Shown here: positions 26,660 to 36,972 of the stretch, piece after piece
Layout: each line of letters opens with the position of its first letter
Position numbering within the stretch: position 1 is the first letter of the stretch
From: a virus
Lineage: Duplodnaviria > Caudoviricetes
Length of the DNA: 55,224 nt
Direction: 5' to 3' (one strand)
IMG/VR virus record: IMGVR_UViG_3300026187_000019
Span: 1-55,224 of that record
The notes under the pieces: model-generated
The model's input: the letters and a program-made list of their open reading frames with translations, nothing else
Database searches by the model: none
What the model was told of the DNA's origin: nothing
Translations under genes and position numbers: made by a program

Positions 26660-29600
26660 CTAGTTAGAATTAGAATATTTAAATGGACATTCAGCAAATG
26701 CAATATAGAAATGCCCATTATTGTTTTGATTTATACCTGCTGTTGAAGCGGTGCGTATCTGAAACCCATTGCTTAAAAAGTCTATGTCTGCATTTGATGT
26801 GTCTTCATCATTATAGTTGTCAGCATCAAGTCTATCATCCATTTCATTGATAGGACTTCTTACTGAATCTAATATAAACCAGTTACCTGTTCCTTCGTAA
26901 CATTTTATCATAACCCATCTTGGCTTAAACCCAGTGTAAACAAAAGGACCTTCCGCAATACCATTTCCTTCATAACTTCCCAGCTTACAATAACCATCCA
27001 CTGAATGAAAATTATACATAATAAAATTGTGATTATCTTCGTTATTTGTTCTAGTTGCGGCAGTTGTACCAGAAATGCCAACAGTTACAGTTTCATCATT
27101 TCCTGACGTTGGGTATACTTGTGCAGTTCCAGTTGGATTCATGCTAGTCCAATATATATAATCATCACCTATATGTGTTGATGACAGGCTCCAGTTGTCG
27201 TTATTACTATTATTACCACGATCTTTAATAAGCGTAAATTCTGTCTGTTTTAATAATCCATGACCAACAGGTCTACCGCTTAGACCAGCAGAAGTATGAT
27301 CTCCAACATAACTAGCTATACTAAATCCAGCAGTTTGATTAGCAGTTACAATTGATTCTTTACCGCCTTTAAAATTACTTGAACCACGTTTTGTATTAGG
27401 AGTAACTTGTCCACCCATACCACTATGTGATGAACAATAATAGTATAAAGTTGGTGCATCGCTTGCAAGAACTATAGTTGTTGTACCATCAGTACCCGGC
27501 GTACCTGCTGTTGTTACACCCGTTGTATATTCTGAGCCACCGCCATGAGTACCGTCTGATGTAGTAGAAAAACGAAGTGGATGACCTGTATTACTACTGT
27601 CTGATTGGTCAAATGTATATGTACCACCCGGTTGTAGTGTTAATGTAGGAGCATATATAGTTGTATTTCCATCAAACAAATATTTATTTTGATCGCCATC
27701 ACTAGCATCTGCATCAACTTTTACAGTATAATTTCGTGTAGGAGAAGGCCCACCTGCTTTCCACATCCAAGCTACATATGAATCACCACTTCCATTAACA
27801 TCACCATTAGAGCCAATGGTAAATCCTTGAGGATCAAAAGATATTAAAGTAGTATCATCTGTTCTTGTGGCTTCTGATGTACTATGGGCTACACTAGATT
27901 GTACATATGTTTTTGGTCCTCTAATTGTGTCAAATAAATAGTGATGGACATTAGCATCTCTTTCTTTAATCCATACAAAATCCGGACTATCTATACCTTC
28001 TTTGGGAATGTTGTCGTCTACTAATGCGAGGAAACCTGTAGGTACATCATAGAAAAATTTACCTAAACCATTAGCGTCCGTTTTATCCGTAGCTGGTGCT
28101 GTTTCATCTCCAGCAAAAGTTGGATCCTGCCCAAAGTTAGCATGATGTGGGTCATTGCTTGATGTGCCACCTGTCTTACTAACCATCATAAGATAAGTAC
28201 CTTCAATGCCCGTAAAAGCTGCGTTAGTTGTGGTGCCATCCGCTATCTCTGATGCTGTTGCACTATTTTGCCAAGTACCGTTTTTACTAAACCAAAGCGC
28301 ACCATTATCCGCATCAAATGCAACACCGACTATGTCACCATCAGCACTCCAAGAGTCACCGTATGACCCCTGATCTCCGCCATTATATATATTGCCCTGA
28401 TCGTAGTATAAATAACAATCGCTATTATTATATGGGATACTACTTATAGTTGTATCTTTTTTAGCGATACCAATGAGTCTTACCATACTACCAGAACCTG
28501 CACTTCCGTTTCTAGCTTCCCAATACCATTTTCCAGATGATACAGCAAAAGTAGATCGCTGCGTTCCGTTATTGCCGCTAGTTAAAGCACGAAGATTTCC
28601 TTCAGTTGGTGCATTGTAATTATAATTATTGTTTGGATCCCAAGTATCAAAGTTCTGTGTAGGACTGTCACCCATCTGGTCAGTTGTTTCTATATTGACA
28701 GACGGTGTAAAATCATTACCCTTACCTGAACTGTCTGTACCCAATGCACTAGCAGTTGAGTTATCAGAGAAGTCAAGATAGAAACCATTATCGCCAAATG
28801 TTAAACCCGACACTGCCTTTGGAATCCAATAACCATTAGAACCTAATTGACCAAATTCTGTTGGATCAACTATACTACCATCAATTACATTCATTTCAGC
28901 AAGGTAGCCATCAAAGTGATAGGCACCATCAGTGTCATCACCAATATAAGTAGTAACACCATTACGCAATAACATGGTGGCTGTATCATCCGGCACAAAT
29001 GATCCACTGGTTGTTCCAGATATTAATTCTCCATTTACATAGACCTTATGTATGTTTGCGCCAGTTTGGTCTTGACTATCCGCTTGAGCAACAATGTGAT
29101 ACCAAGCTGATGTATTTTTAAATTCTCTATCACTTGTAAAGCTGGTATATCCCGTATTGTATGCATTCCATGTTATTTTGTCACTTGAATCAAACTGTAA
29201 AAAAGCACTACTACCACTTTTTGCAAATATAATATTTGTTCTAGCACCTAGACCAGCACGTTTGACCCATACAGATATTGTCATTTTTTTAGTATTAGTC
29301 TGTGTGCTAAAATCGCTTTTTGATAATGCTGGCTCATCATCAGGCTCAAACCTAAGACTATTAGCAATAGTAGTGACATCTTGAGGATGCTGTACGCCAC
29401 CCGAACCAATGTGTTGTTCTCCACCTGTGCCTGTATAAAGAATAGTTTCAAAATGATCGTCAACTTGCAAACCAGCATCTTGATTTGGGCCAATAGCTGG
29501 TGTTGGTAAATTGGAAGTACATAAAGCTAACGCATCTGTTGGCGGGGTATAATAAAAATCGCCTACACCGTTTGCGTCAGATGCCTCTGCTGAACCGGTT

Positions 29601-31033
29601 GTTTTATTATCAGCAAAGGTATCATCCTGACCAAAATTAAATAGATATTCTCCACTGCTATATGCTAGTGCCATAGCGTGAACAACCCTACCTGCTGATG
29701 GGTTTGCAAGCCCCATTGAAAGGCCACCTGTTAAAGCATCTGGGTCCGCACTATTTTGCCAAGTATTATTTTTTCCAAAATATACTTCGTTGTCATCAAC
29801 ATTTACAAAAACTTGAATAATATCTCCTGTTGTCCAAGTGTCTTGGCCTGTAACTTCGTTTTTGCCACCACTTGTAGGACCATAATAAATTTTTCCAGTA
29901 GAGTTGTATAAAGGTATTTGATTGGAGTAACTGCCCGGTCCACTGTAATCAAAATAACCTCTGTAACTTGAGAATATACTTCTGTCAATAGTCTGAAAAC
30001 CTATTCCGGGTGATCCGCCTTTGGTTTTTACATAAACTTCAAAGTACCATTTTCCAGATACGGGTATTGCAGCACTGCTATAACCACCATTTTGATAACT
30101 ACCACTACTATTTTTGTAACCTATAGCACCTTCAGGATAAGTACTACTACTTGTTGCTGTTTCCGGCCTCATATTAGGATTCATAGTATAAAAATTATTA
30201 GTGGGTGTATCCGGCACAACATCGTTTGCAGTTATACCATTTATAGTAAAGTGATTTCCCTGACCAGAATTATCTGCAATAGTATTGTTTGGTTGATCCG
30301 TAGCTGATCCATAAGGGTCATCCCTAGAACTACCTGTGGTGTTTATATCCGAACTTTTATACGTAAAATAAAATCCATTTACTCCATAAGTAAACCCAGC
30401 ACTAGAAAGATTCTTTGGAACCCAAACGCCATTAATATCTTCTGCAAAATCATTTATATCGCCAATATAGCCATCAAGAGCAACAGTTTCAGCAAGATAA
30501 CCATCTATATACTGAGAAGCGTTACTTCGTTTCATTATTGTGGTTAGATGACCAGTATTGATAAGTTTATCCATTGTACTGGTTGTGGCTCCAGAAACAC
30601 CTTTTTCTAAAGAACCATTTATGTAAAGTTTATACTCACCTGCTGAATGGTCAAATGTAAAAAATACATGATACCAAGCTGTAGGATCTCTAAATAGGGC
30701 ATTTGAAAAATATGTGGAACTATTTTCTATGAGTCCTATTTTTTCAGTATCTTCAAAAATAATACCTTCAATACCACTAGCGGCAGCACAAATAATACTA
30801 TCGTAAGTTGCAAAACGTACTTTAGACTGTTTTATCCAAGTTGAAAAAGTTCGTTTGTTTACATCTGTCGAAGTTCCAAAATCATTTTTACTTAGATATG
30901 CCGCAGAACCATCAAACCGCAGAGATTGATTTATAGTAGTAGGATAGGCGAAGTCACCGCCGCCGCCACTTAACGGTCCACCCGGCGCACCCGCACCGCC
31001 CAGTCCAGCATGATTTCCTTTTACAATACTCAT
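26660..31033 (-). CDS. Receptor-binding/tail fibre protein with duplicated LamG (ConA-like) + SPRY modules and a cupredoxin-like insert
   Basis: Two repeats of SLRF..TxSxWxK..AWYH..YxNG..DGYLAE..NGFY, each followed by SGKWY(F/W)E SPRY-like units; YYCSSHSGMG motif. Confidence 0.75.
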   Translation of the reverse strand: MSIVKGNHAGLGGAGAPGGPLSGGGGDFAYPTTINQSLRFDGSAAYLSKNDFGTSTDVNKRTFSTWIKQSKVRFATYDSIICAAASGIEGIIFEDTEKIGLIENSSTYFSNALFRDPTAWYHVFFTFDHSAGEYKLYINGSLEKGVSGATTSTMDKLINTGHLTTIMKRSNASQYIDGYLAETVALDGYIGDINDFAEDINGVWVPKNLSSAGFTYGVNGFYFTYKSSDINTTGSSRDDPYGSATDQPNNTIADNSGQGNHFTINGITANDVVPDTPTNNFYTMNPNMRPETATSSSTYPEGAIGYKNSSGSYQNGGYSSAAIPVSGKWYFEVYVKTKGGSPGIGFQTIDRSIFSSYRGYFDYSGPGSYSNQIPLYNSTGKIYYGPTSGGKNEVTGQDTWTTGDIIQVFVNVDDNEVYFGKNNTWQNSADPDALTGGLSMGLANPSAGRVVHAMALAYSSGEYLFNFGQDDTFADNKTTGSAEASDANGVGDFYYTPPTDALALCTSNLPTPAIGPNQDAGLQVDDHFETILYTGTGGEQHIGSGGVQHPQDVTTIANSLRFEPDDEPALSKSDFSTQTNTKKMTISVWVKRAGLGARTNIIFAKSGSSAFLQFDSSDKITWNAYNTGYTSFTSDREFKNTSAWYHIVAQADSQDQTGANIHKVYVNGELISGTTSGSFVPDDTATMLLRNGVTTYIGDDTDGAYHFDGYLAEMNVIDGSIVDPTEFGQLGSNGYWIPKAVSGLTFGDNGFYLDFSDNSTASALGTDSSGKGNDFTPSVNIETTDQMGDSPTQNFDTWDPNNNYNYNAPTEGNLRALTSGNNGTQRSTFAVSSGKWYWEARNGSAGSGSMVRLIGIAKKDTTISSIPYNNSDCYLYYDQGNIYNGGDQGSYGDSWSADGDIVGVAFDADNGALWFSKNGTWQNSATASEIADGTTTNAAFTGIEGTYLMMVSKTGGTSSNDPHHANFGQDPTFAGDETAPATDKTDANGLGKFFYDVPTGFLALVDDNIPKEGIDSPDFVWIKERDANVHHYLFDTIRGPKTYVQSSVAHSTSEATRTDDTTLISFDPQGFTIGSNGDVNGSGDSYVAWMWKAGGPSPTRNYTVKVDADASDGDQNKYLFDGNTTIYAPTLTLQPGGTYTFDQSDSSNTGHPLRFSTTSDGTHGGGSEYTTGVTTAGTPGTDGTTTIVLASDAPTLYYYCSSHSGMGGQVTPNTKRGSSNFKGGKESIVTANQTAGFSIASYVGDHTSAGLSGRPVGHGLLKQTEFTLIKDRGNNSNNDNWSLSSTHIGDDYIYWTSMNPTGTAQVYPTSGNDETVTVGISGTTAATRTNNEDNHNFIMYNFHSVDGYCKLGSYEGNGIAEGPFVYTGFKPRWVMIKCYEGTGNWFILDSVRSPINEMDDRLDADNYNDEDTSNADIDFLSNGFQIRTASTAGINQNNNGHFYIAFAECPFKYSNSN

Positions 31034-31040
31034 ATTTTAA

Positions 31041-33470
31041 TTACACACCTTCTGATGTCAGTGAACCTGATACTGATAATAACACATCGTTTGTTCCTGA
31101 TGTACCTACTGTATAATAAGCTAAGTGATATACACCTGCTGTTTGTAGAGCAGTTAGTGCTGATGCATTCATTGCAACTACAGCATTCGCAGTAATAGCG
31201 TGTCCTCCAGAGTTATCAAACTTAATATTGCCTGACTGACCTTCTACAATATTAGAAAATGTAATTTCTGCATCGGCAGTAGGGGTACATTCAAAATTAG
31301 TATTAGCAGATAAATCAAAACTAGCATCATCTTCTGCTGTAACAGCATCAGTTCCATCTGAACTTAATGCACGTCCTGTTACAGTAACTTCATCTGCACC
31401 AATCTCTAATACAGTAGATGATGTATCTTGAATCTTGATGCTACCTTCACTTGTAGCATTATCAATAATACTGTCAGTACCATCGTGATAAATCTCTAGG
31501 TCATTACCTGTACCAAACCGCAAGCGATCATCTGTTGCTGCACCACTGTCATCAAACTCAATGTTAAAGCCATCTGCAGTAAGTGTACCACCAAGAGCAG
31601 GTGATGTATCACTTGATATACTTGTTCCCGGTAATGCTTCAAGCTGTATTGTACCACCAGTGTTATCATATGTCAACACATAATTATCTTGACCCGCACC
31701 TATACTTTGGTCTGCGTCAAATTCAAAGTTGCCTATAAAAACATTACCTGTGGTATTAGGATCAAGTATAATGTCTCCAGCCGTATCTGTACTTATAATA
31801 CTGTTGCCGTTAATATTTATATTATCTACTTGTAACTCTGTTACTGGACTATTAGTACCAATAGTTACACCGTCAATAGCACCGCCATCAATATCAACTT
31901 TGCTAATATCAACTTCGCCTGTGCCATCTGGTGTCAGTGCAATATTACCGTTTGTATCGGTAGATGTAATAGCATTGCCATCAATATTAATATTGTCAAT
32001 TTGCGCTTCCGTAACAGGACTGTTTGTACCTAAAGTAATACCGTCAATAGCACCACTGTCAATGTCTACCTTGGTAATGTCAACTTCTCCAGTGCCAGCA
32101 GGAGTAAGTTCAATGTTACCGTTAGCATTTGTGCTTGTAATAGCATTACCATCAATATTAATATTATCAACATCGAGGTCTGTATTAATTACAACTGTAC
32201 CAGTTCCGTTTGGTGATAGGTTAATATCGCCGTTAGTATCTGTGCTGCTAACAGTGTTGCCATCTACATTGACATTACCAACAGTAGCACCCGAACCATT
32301 CAGCTTTAAGCGTTCTGCAGCAGCAGTACCAGTTGACATGGTTTTGAATATCATGTCAAATTCTTCAGATGTAGGTGTTAAGCCGCTGGCTGATGACTCA
32401 ATAACGCCACCAATTTCTAAGTTACCTGAAGCAGTTTCAGTGGAAAACTCAACGCCAGTACCGATGCCGACAGCAGGTGTACCACTGCTTTGTGCTTGTA
32501 GTTTAAGAACATCAGTTACTGCGTTTGTTGTAGAGTTTTCTACGTTTAGTGTTACGCCTGTATCTGCTACGTGTGTAATATTTACTTCGCTACCTGCACC
32601 AAGATTAATAGCAGATGCATCAGTAGATAAATCTACATTTCCAGTAACATCAATGCCTGTGCTTTCTGTTGAAAGTTTAATAGAGTTATCATAGTAGATG
32701 TCTACAGCACCATTAGCAGTACCATGTAAGTATGTTTCAGTACCAGCAGTAGCAGACAATCTTAAATCTGTAGCAGCAATACGCAAATCACCAGTACCTG
32801 CTGCAAAAATTCTACTTTGATTAGATGCAGTATCGTGATATATTTCTAAATCAGGATTAGCACCAACACGGATTCTGTCATTATCATCTACATCAATATT
32901 ATTACCACCAGTAGTATTACCGTTAGAAAGTACTTCACTGAGTTCATCTGCTCCACCTATTTGAGAATCTACGTATGCTTTAATAGATTGCTGCGTAGCT
33001 AGTGCTGTATCACTATCTGAAGTCATTGTGTCTTCGTCAAGAATAGCAGTCACAGTTGCGCCGCTAGCTAACGTAAGGTCTGTGCTGCCTGTAAGGTTAG
33101 TAAATGTACCAGCAGCAGCACTATTAGCACCAATGGTAGTTCCGTCAATAGCACCTGCGTCAATGTCTACGGTAGGTAAGTTTGCTGTACCAGCAAGGTG
33201 AAGGTCTTTATACTCAAGAGAAGATGTACCAAGGTCTAGTGTGTTAGTCGTCTTAGGACGCATTTCTGTAGACGACACAACCACATCTTGCACAGGGCCA
33301 ACCACAGTAATAGGACCACCTTCTGCAGCAGTACCATCGTGTGTATGTCCTGTGGTAGCATTAAAGGCTGCTTCAATGGCATCATATTCGCCATCAAAGT
33401 CAGCAGCGTTAATTACGTTACCATCAGCAATATTATTAGCTGTATCGTTTCTAGTGTATCCTGTTCCCAT
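31041..33470 (-). CDS. Tail fibre protein (809 aa) with internal repeats
   Basis: N-terminal attachment segment (GHTHDG), DLEIYHD motifs and ~4 DNINIDGNxITSTxxNG repeats. Confidence 0.75.
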   Translation of the reverse strand: MGTGYTRNDTANNIADGNVINAADFDGEYDAIEAAFNATTGHTHDGTAAEGGPITVVGPVQDVVVSSTEMRPKTTNTLDLGTSSLEYKDLHLAGTANLPTVDIDAGAIDGTTIGANSAAAGTFTNLTGSTDLTLASGATVTAILDEDTMTSDSDTALATQQSIKAYVDSQIGGADELSEVLSNGNTTGGNNIDVDDNDRIRVGANPDLEIYHDTASNQSRIFAAGTGDLRIAATDLRLSATAGTETYLHGTANGAVDIYYDNSIKLSTESTGIDVTGNVDLSTDASAINLGAGSEVNITHVADTGVTLNVENSTTNAVTDVLKLQAQSSGTPAVGIGTGVEFSTETASGNLEIGGVIESSASGLTPTSEEFDMIFKTMSTGTAAAERLKLNGSGATVGNVNVDGNTVSSTDTNGDINLSPNGTGTVVINTDLDVDNINIDGNAITSTNANGNIELTPAGTGEVDITKVDIDSGAIDGITLGTNSPVTEAQIDNINIDGNAITSTDTNGNIALTPDGTGEVDISKVDIDGGAIDGVTIGTNSPVTELQVDNININGNSIISTDTAGDIILDPNTTGNVFIGNFEFDADQSIGAGQDNYVLTYDNTGGTIQLEALPGTSISSDTSPALGGTLTADGFNIEFDDSGAATDDRLRFGTGNDLEIYHDGTDSIIDNATSEGSIKIQDTSSTVLEIGADEVTVTGRALSSDGTDAVTAEDDASFDLSANTNFECTPTADAEITFSNIVEGQSGNIKFDNSGGHAITANAVVAMNASALTALQTAGVYHLAYYTVGTSGTNDVLLSVSGSLTSEGV

Positions 33471-33475
33471 AGTTT

Positions 33476-35656
33476 TTACCTTCTTGAGTTAGTGGCATAT
33501 TCTACCGTTAATGCGTCAAGGGAAAACGGCGGTGCCTCTGTAGCAGAATCAAACAAGAATGAAACTGCAAATCCTGAACCAACAACTTGACTTTCAAATA
33601 GTTTAACTAGCTTGGCTCCATATGATGTTACACCAAATGTACCTTGTCCAAAGAAACCAACAGTACCCTGTGTGTTTTGAATGTTAATAGGTGCTGGTTG
33701 TATTATACCTGATTCGTCAAAATCTAACTTTAAACTTAAATCAAATGCCACACTACCTTGTGGATCTGTGTACAAAAATATCTTATAAAAAGTTTTTCGT
33801 ACACGTGGGTCTTCAATAGGAATAAACGGCGTAGCAAAAGTAATTAGTATTGGTGTACCATCAAAATCACTTCCTGATTCCATTTGATACAAGTAGCCAT
33901 CATTATTAGCAAAAACCACGACTTCTGTATTTAAGTGGTAGTTACTGTCTGCTACATATGCTCGTATGCCTCTTGTTTCTGCATACTGCATATTTGCACC
34001 GCCCTGTTCTGCAAACTGCGTAGCAATAATACCTTGAGCATTTTCCTGCGTAATGTTATTGTTGTACCCTAATATTCTATACTGCGACTTTTCTCTAATA
34101 ACACAACTTGAAAAATTTGTATTCGCTGAAATAAATGTCGTTAAGTCATCCTGTATAGTTTTAGATACAACACCTAATCCAAAGTCACCAATTCTATCTG
34201 TTGCACTTAACAGTCGCAGACCATCAGGTGCTAAGAACATAATGTCACCGCCGACTTCTTGAATGGTGTCACTTTCAATACAGCCAATATCGTTTGTTAC
34301 TGGCTGCAATGTAAAGTCTGCGATAGTGTTACCGACTAATCTTTGTATAGATACTTCAGTAAAAATAATTAATTGGTCACGAAATACTTCTAGTCCAGTA
34401 ATTGGTGAGCCTACGTTGATTGCACCTGCGCCATTAGCTACTGAAAAGTCATTGTCTGTATATGGTGCAGTAAAATTAAGATTAGTTCCTTTACCAAAGA
34501 ACAAAGCATTTTTAAAATTGCTTACAAAAGATGAGCCTTTTACATCTGCTGGAGCATCGTTTAGTACTGTAAATATACTATCATCATATGTGGCTGGTGC
34601 ATTGGCACCGTCAACTATAGCAATCTTTTGCGTACCATCGTAGTTGTATTTAGCAAACCGGGTACGTGATGCACCTTCTCTACTGGTAGATATAAATGTA
34701 ATGGCGGCATTATCTGCTGGGCTAGAGTTAAGTGCTGGGTCTATGCTTATAGTTGCTGCACCAGAAGTAACGCTAGGTGCTGCTGTAACTGTATATATTA
34801 AGTCTACACCAGCAATAGTAAACTGATCTTGTGGTTGCGGAGTAGCGTCTAAACCATCTACCGCTAATGACGAACCTGTTTGGCTTCCACCATTTACTAA
34901 TACAGTACCATAACTAGGCACATTTATTTTAGTATAGCCAGTACCTGTAGTGCTGTATATGTCATCATTTTTAGCAACAATAGCTTGGCTTTCCCAGCTT
35001 GCTACGCCTAATGCAAGGTAGTCTAGTACGGTAGATACAAACGTAATGTCATCTTGATCTGACGGATTGACCACCATTGTTTGGTCAAATGTTAATGTTG
35101 CTCTGTTTACACCTGCAGAAAAACTCACGCCGCCTGTGGCTATAGTATATCTGAAACTAAGAACAGCGTTGTCTGTAGGAGTAACTGCTAACTCTGGTGT
35201 TATTGTAAGAGTAGATGCTGTACCTACAAGAGCCGTTGCTGCGCTTACTGTGTATACAGTTGTGTCACCTTCTATAGTAAATGTATCATTTACAGATGGG
35301 GTTACATCTAATCCGTCTACGTCTAGTGATGTACCTGTCTGCGCCGCACCTGCAACTGCACCACCTGTAAATGTCAACACATCACCCGCAACAGGTGTTT
35401 GGTGTATATTTGCTATTGTAAGTGATGTACCGCTTTGACTACCACCATGTACCTTTGGTGCGCCATATGGCGGAATTATATTACTGTCGTATTTGTCATA
35501 GCCCTCAATTCTACGATAGCCACCTTCAACAGACGGTTCAAAGTTACGTAGTATTCTTGCGCTACCCGGTGCGTTAATACCCTGCTGCAAAGGTGACAGA
35601 TTACTTATAAGACCACCACGAAACTCAACGGCATAGGTTTTCCATGCATCAGCCAT
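33476..35656 (-). CDS. Tail nozzle / tail tubular protein B-like
   Basis: FRGGL N-terminus, IGCIESDTIQEVGGDIMFLAPDGLR motif; position after the adaptor gene. Confidence 0.7.
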   Translation of the reverse strand: MADAWKTYAVEFRGGLISNLSPLQQGINAPGSARILRNFEPSVEGGYRRIEGYDKYDSNIIPPYGAPKVHGGSQSGTSLTIANIHQTPVAGDVLTFTGGAVAGAAQTGTSLDVDGLDVTPSVNDTFTIEGDTTVYTVSAATALVGTASTLTITPELAVTPTDNAVLSFRYTIATGGVSFSAGVNRATLTFDQTMVVNPSDQDDITFVSTVLDYLALGVASWESQAIVAKNDDIYSTTGTGYTKINVPSYGTVLVNGGSQTGSSLAVDGLDATPQPQDQFTIAGVDLIYTVTAAPSVTSGAATISIDPALNSSPADNAAITFISTSREGASRTRFAKYNYDGTQKIAIVDGANAPATYDDSIFTVLNDAPADVKGSSFVSNFKNALFFGKGTNLNFTAPYTDNDFSVANGAGAINVGSPITGLEVFRDQLIIFTEVSIQRLVGNTIADFTLQPVTNDIGCIESDTIQEVGGDIMFLAPDGLRLLSATDRIGDFGLGVVSKTIQDDLTTFISANTNFSSCVIREKSQYRILGYNNNITQENAQGIIATQFAEQGGANMQYAETRGIRAYVADSNYHLNTEVVVFANNDGYLYQMESGSDFDGTPILITFATPFIPIEDPRVRKTFYKIFLYTDPQGSVAFDLSLKLDFDESGIIQPAPINIQNTQGTVGFFGQGTFGVTSYGAKLVKLFESQVVGSGFAVSFLFDSATEAPPFSLDALTVEYATNSRR

Positions 35657-35665
35657 AAATTACCC

Positions 35666-36394
35666 CTATGTTATTGAAGAATATCCGTATCTAAGGCCAC
35701 CACCTGTGTTTTGCGGAATCATATAAGAACGCACATACCGTGTACGGTTAATCAACATTGAACGCATATATTTAATGCCTTCATCAAACTTTTCTTTCAT
35801 TACCAACGCATCTTGCGTATTACCACGGAACAAGTACGCATAGTGCATAGCACCATCTACAATCACATGAACAAACCTATCAGGTATTACTATTGTATCA
35901 TTGTTTGCAGATAAGTCAGCAGTAAAGTTAAAGTACTCATATACTAACTCATATGCAGCATTTGGTTCTGGGGATAAAATAAACTCAAGGGAAGGGGCGT
36001 GTACTACACGGGTGGGAACACCTTGAAAACTGGTGTTGTTATATTCTTGTGCTACAAATTTATCTAAGTATTCTTCATATGTCATAGGTAATATACGAGT
36101 TGTAGAATTACCTAGTGAACTATTTTCTTTAATTCTAAAAGTATCAAAGTTAATTACCTTGCAATCAGCAGGAAAAGAATAACGGCTCTGATTAGCCGTT
36201 AGTGTTAATTCTTCTACATTATGGTTAAAAGGCCACTCAAATTCGGATTGATTTATATATCTAATAGATGCATTAACAGCGTCCTTTGCGTGTGCATAAA
36301 AACCTGTCGCACTTGCAAAGTTTGCAGAAGTTAGTTCAACTTCATTCAAACGTCTGTTTACTTGATTTACTAATTGTAAAAATGTCGTAGCCAT
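35666..36394 (-). CDS. Head-tail adaptor / tail tubular protein A-like
   Basis: TFLQLVNQVNRRLNE N-terminus, EWPF and IPDRF motifs; synteny. Confidence 0.7.
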   Translation of the reverse strand: MATTFLQLVNQVNRRLNEVELTSANFASATGFYAHAKDAVNASIRYINQSEFEWPFNHNVEELTLTANQSRYSFPADCKVINFDTFRIKENSSLGNSTTRILPMTYEEYLDKFVAQEYNNTSFQGVPTRVVHAPSLEFILSPEPNAAYELVYEYFNFTADLSANNDTIVIPDRFVHVIVDGAMHYAYLFRGNTQDALVMKEKFDEGIKYMRSMLINRTRYVRSYMIPQNTGGGLRYGYSSIT

Positions 36395-36406
36395 CTATGA
36401 TTCCTC

Positions 36407-36444
36407 AAAAGAAAAGTGAAGGGGCAAGTTGCCCTGCCCCCTCA
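36407..36444 (-). terminator. Intrinsic terminator after the capsid operon
   Basis: Minus strand GAGGGGGCAGG-GCAA-CTTGCCCCTTC followed by ACTTTTCTTTT. Confidence 0.85.
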
Positions 36445-36449
36445 ACTAT

Positions 36450-36959
36450 TTAGGCAAGTGTGTCACGATCTACTTCATCAGCAGCCATGTCACCTGTGTC
36501 TGCCATATTCATCAGAACTGCGAACACACGGACTTTACCTTCAGTTGGAGCAGTAGTTGCTGCCTGAAGTTCCCAGTCAATTGTGTCTTCAGCTTCGATG
36601 AAGATTGGAGCAGATGCATCAGCCATAGTTGCATAGCCAACACCAGATGTCAAAGAAGCAGAGTTATCGTCAATGTCAAAAGCTGACACAAAACGAGTAA
36701 CATCTACACCAGTAACACCAAGGTTAGCAGTACAACCATCAGCAGCCGTTTGTACAGAAGCAGTCATTTCAAACCCTGCGGTAAGAATGAGTGTTTCAGC
36801 AGGTACGGTAATCGCTTCAATGATGTCATTGGCAGCAAGAGCAGAACCTTTAGCAGTTACTGCAGCAGCCAAATCAATCGTTTGCTGTACCATGTACGGC
36901 TGACGACCCCGTGCGCCAACGCCACGGGCAGTAGAGGCAAGAGTAGTTACAGTAGCCAT
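36450..36959 (-). CDS. Capsid decoration/minor capsid protein
   Basis: Between the MCP and the terminator; strong RBS; beta-rich Ala/Thr composition. Confidence 0.6.
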   Translation of the reverse strand: MATVTTLASTARGVGARGRQPYMVQQTIDLAAAVTAKGSALAANDIIEAITVPAETLILTAGFEMTASVQTAADGCTANLGVTGVDVTRFVSAFDIDDNSASLTSGVGYATMADASAPIFIEAEDTIDWELQAATTAPTEGKVRVFAVLMNMADTGDMAADEVDRDTLA

Positions 36960-36972
36960 AATCTATTCTCCT

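Noticed and set aside
26660-31033. Duplicated fibre modules as a diversity-generating retroelement
   Set aside because: The repeats are diverged protein-level duplications rather than adenine-specific TR/VR pairs, and there is no reverse transcriptase.
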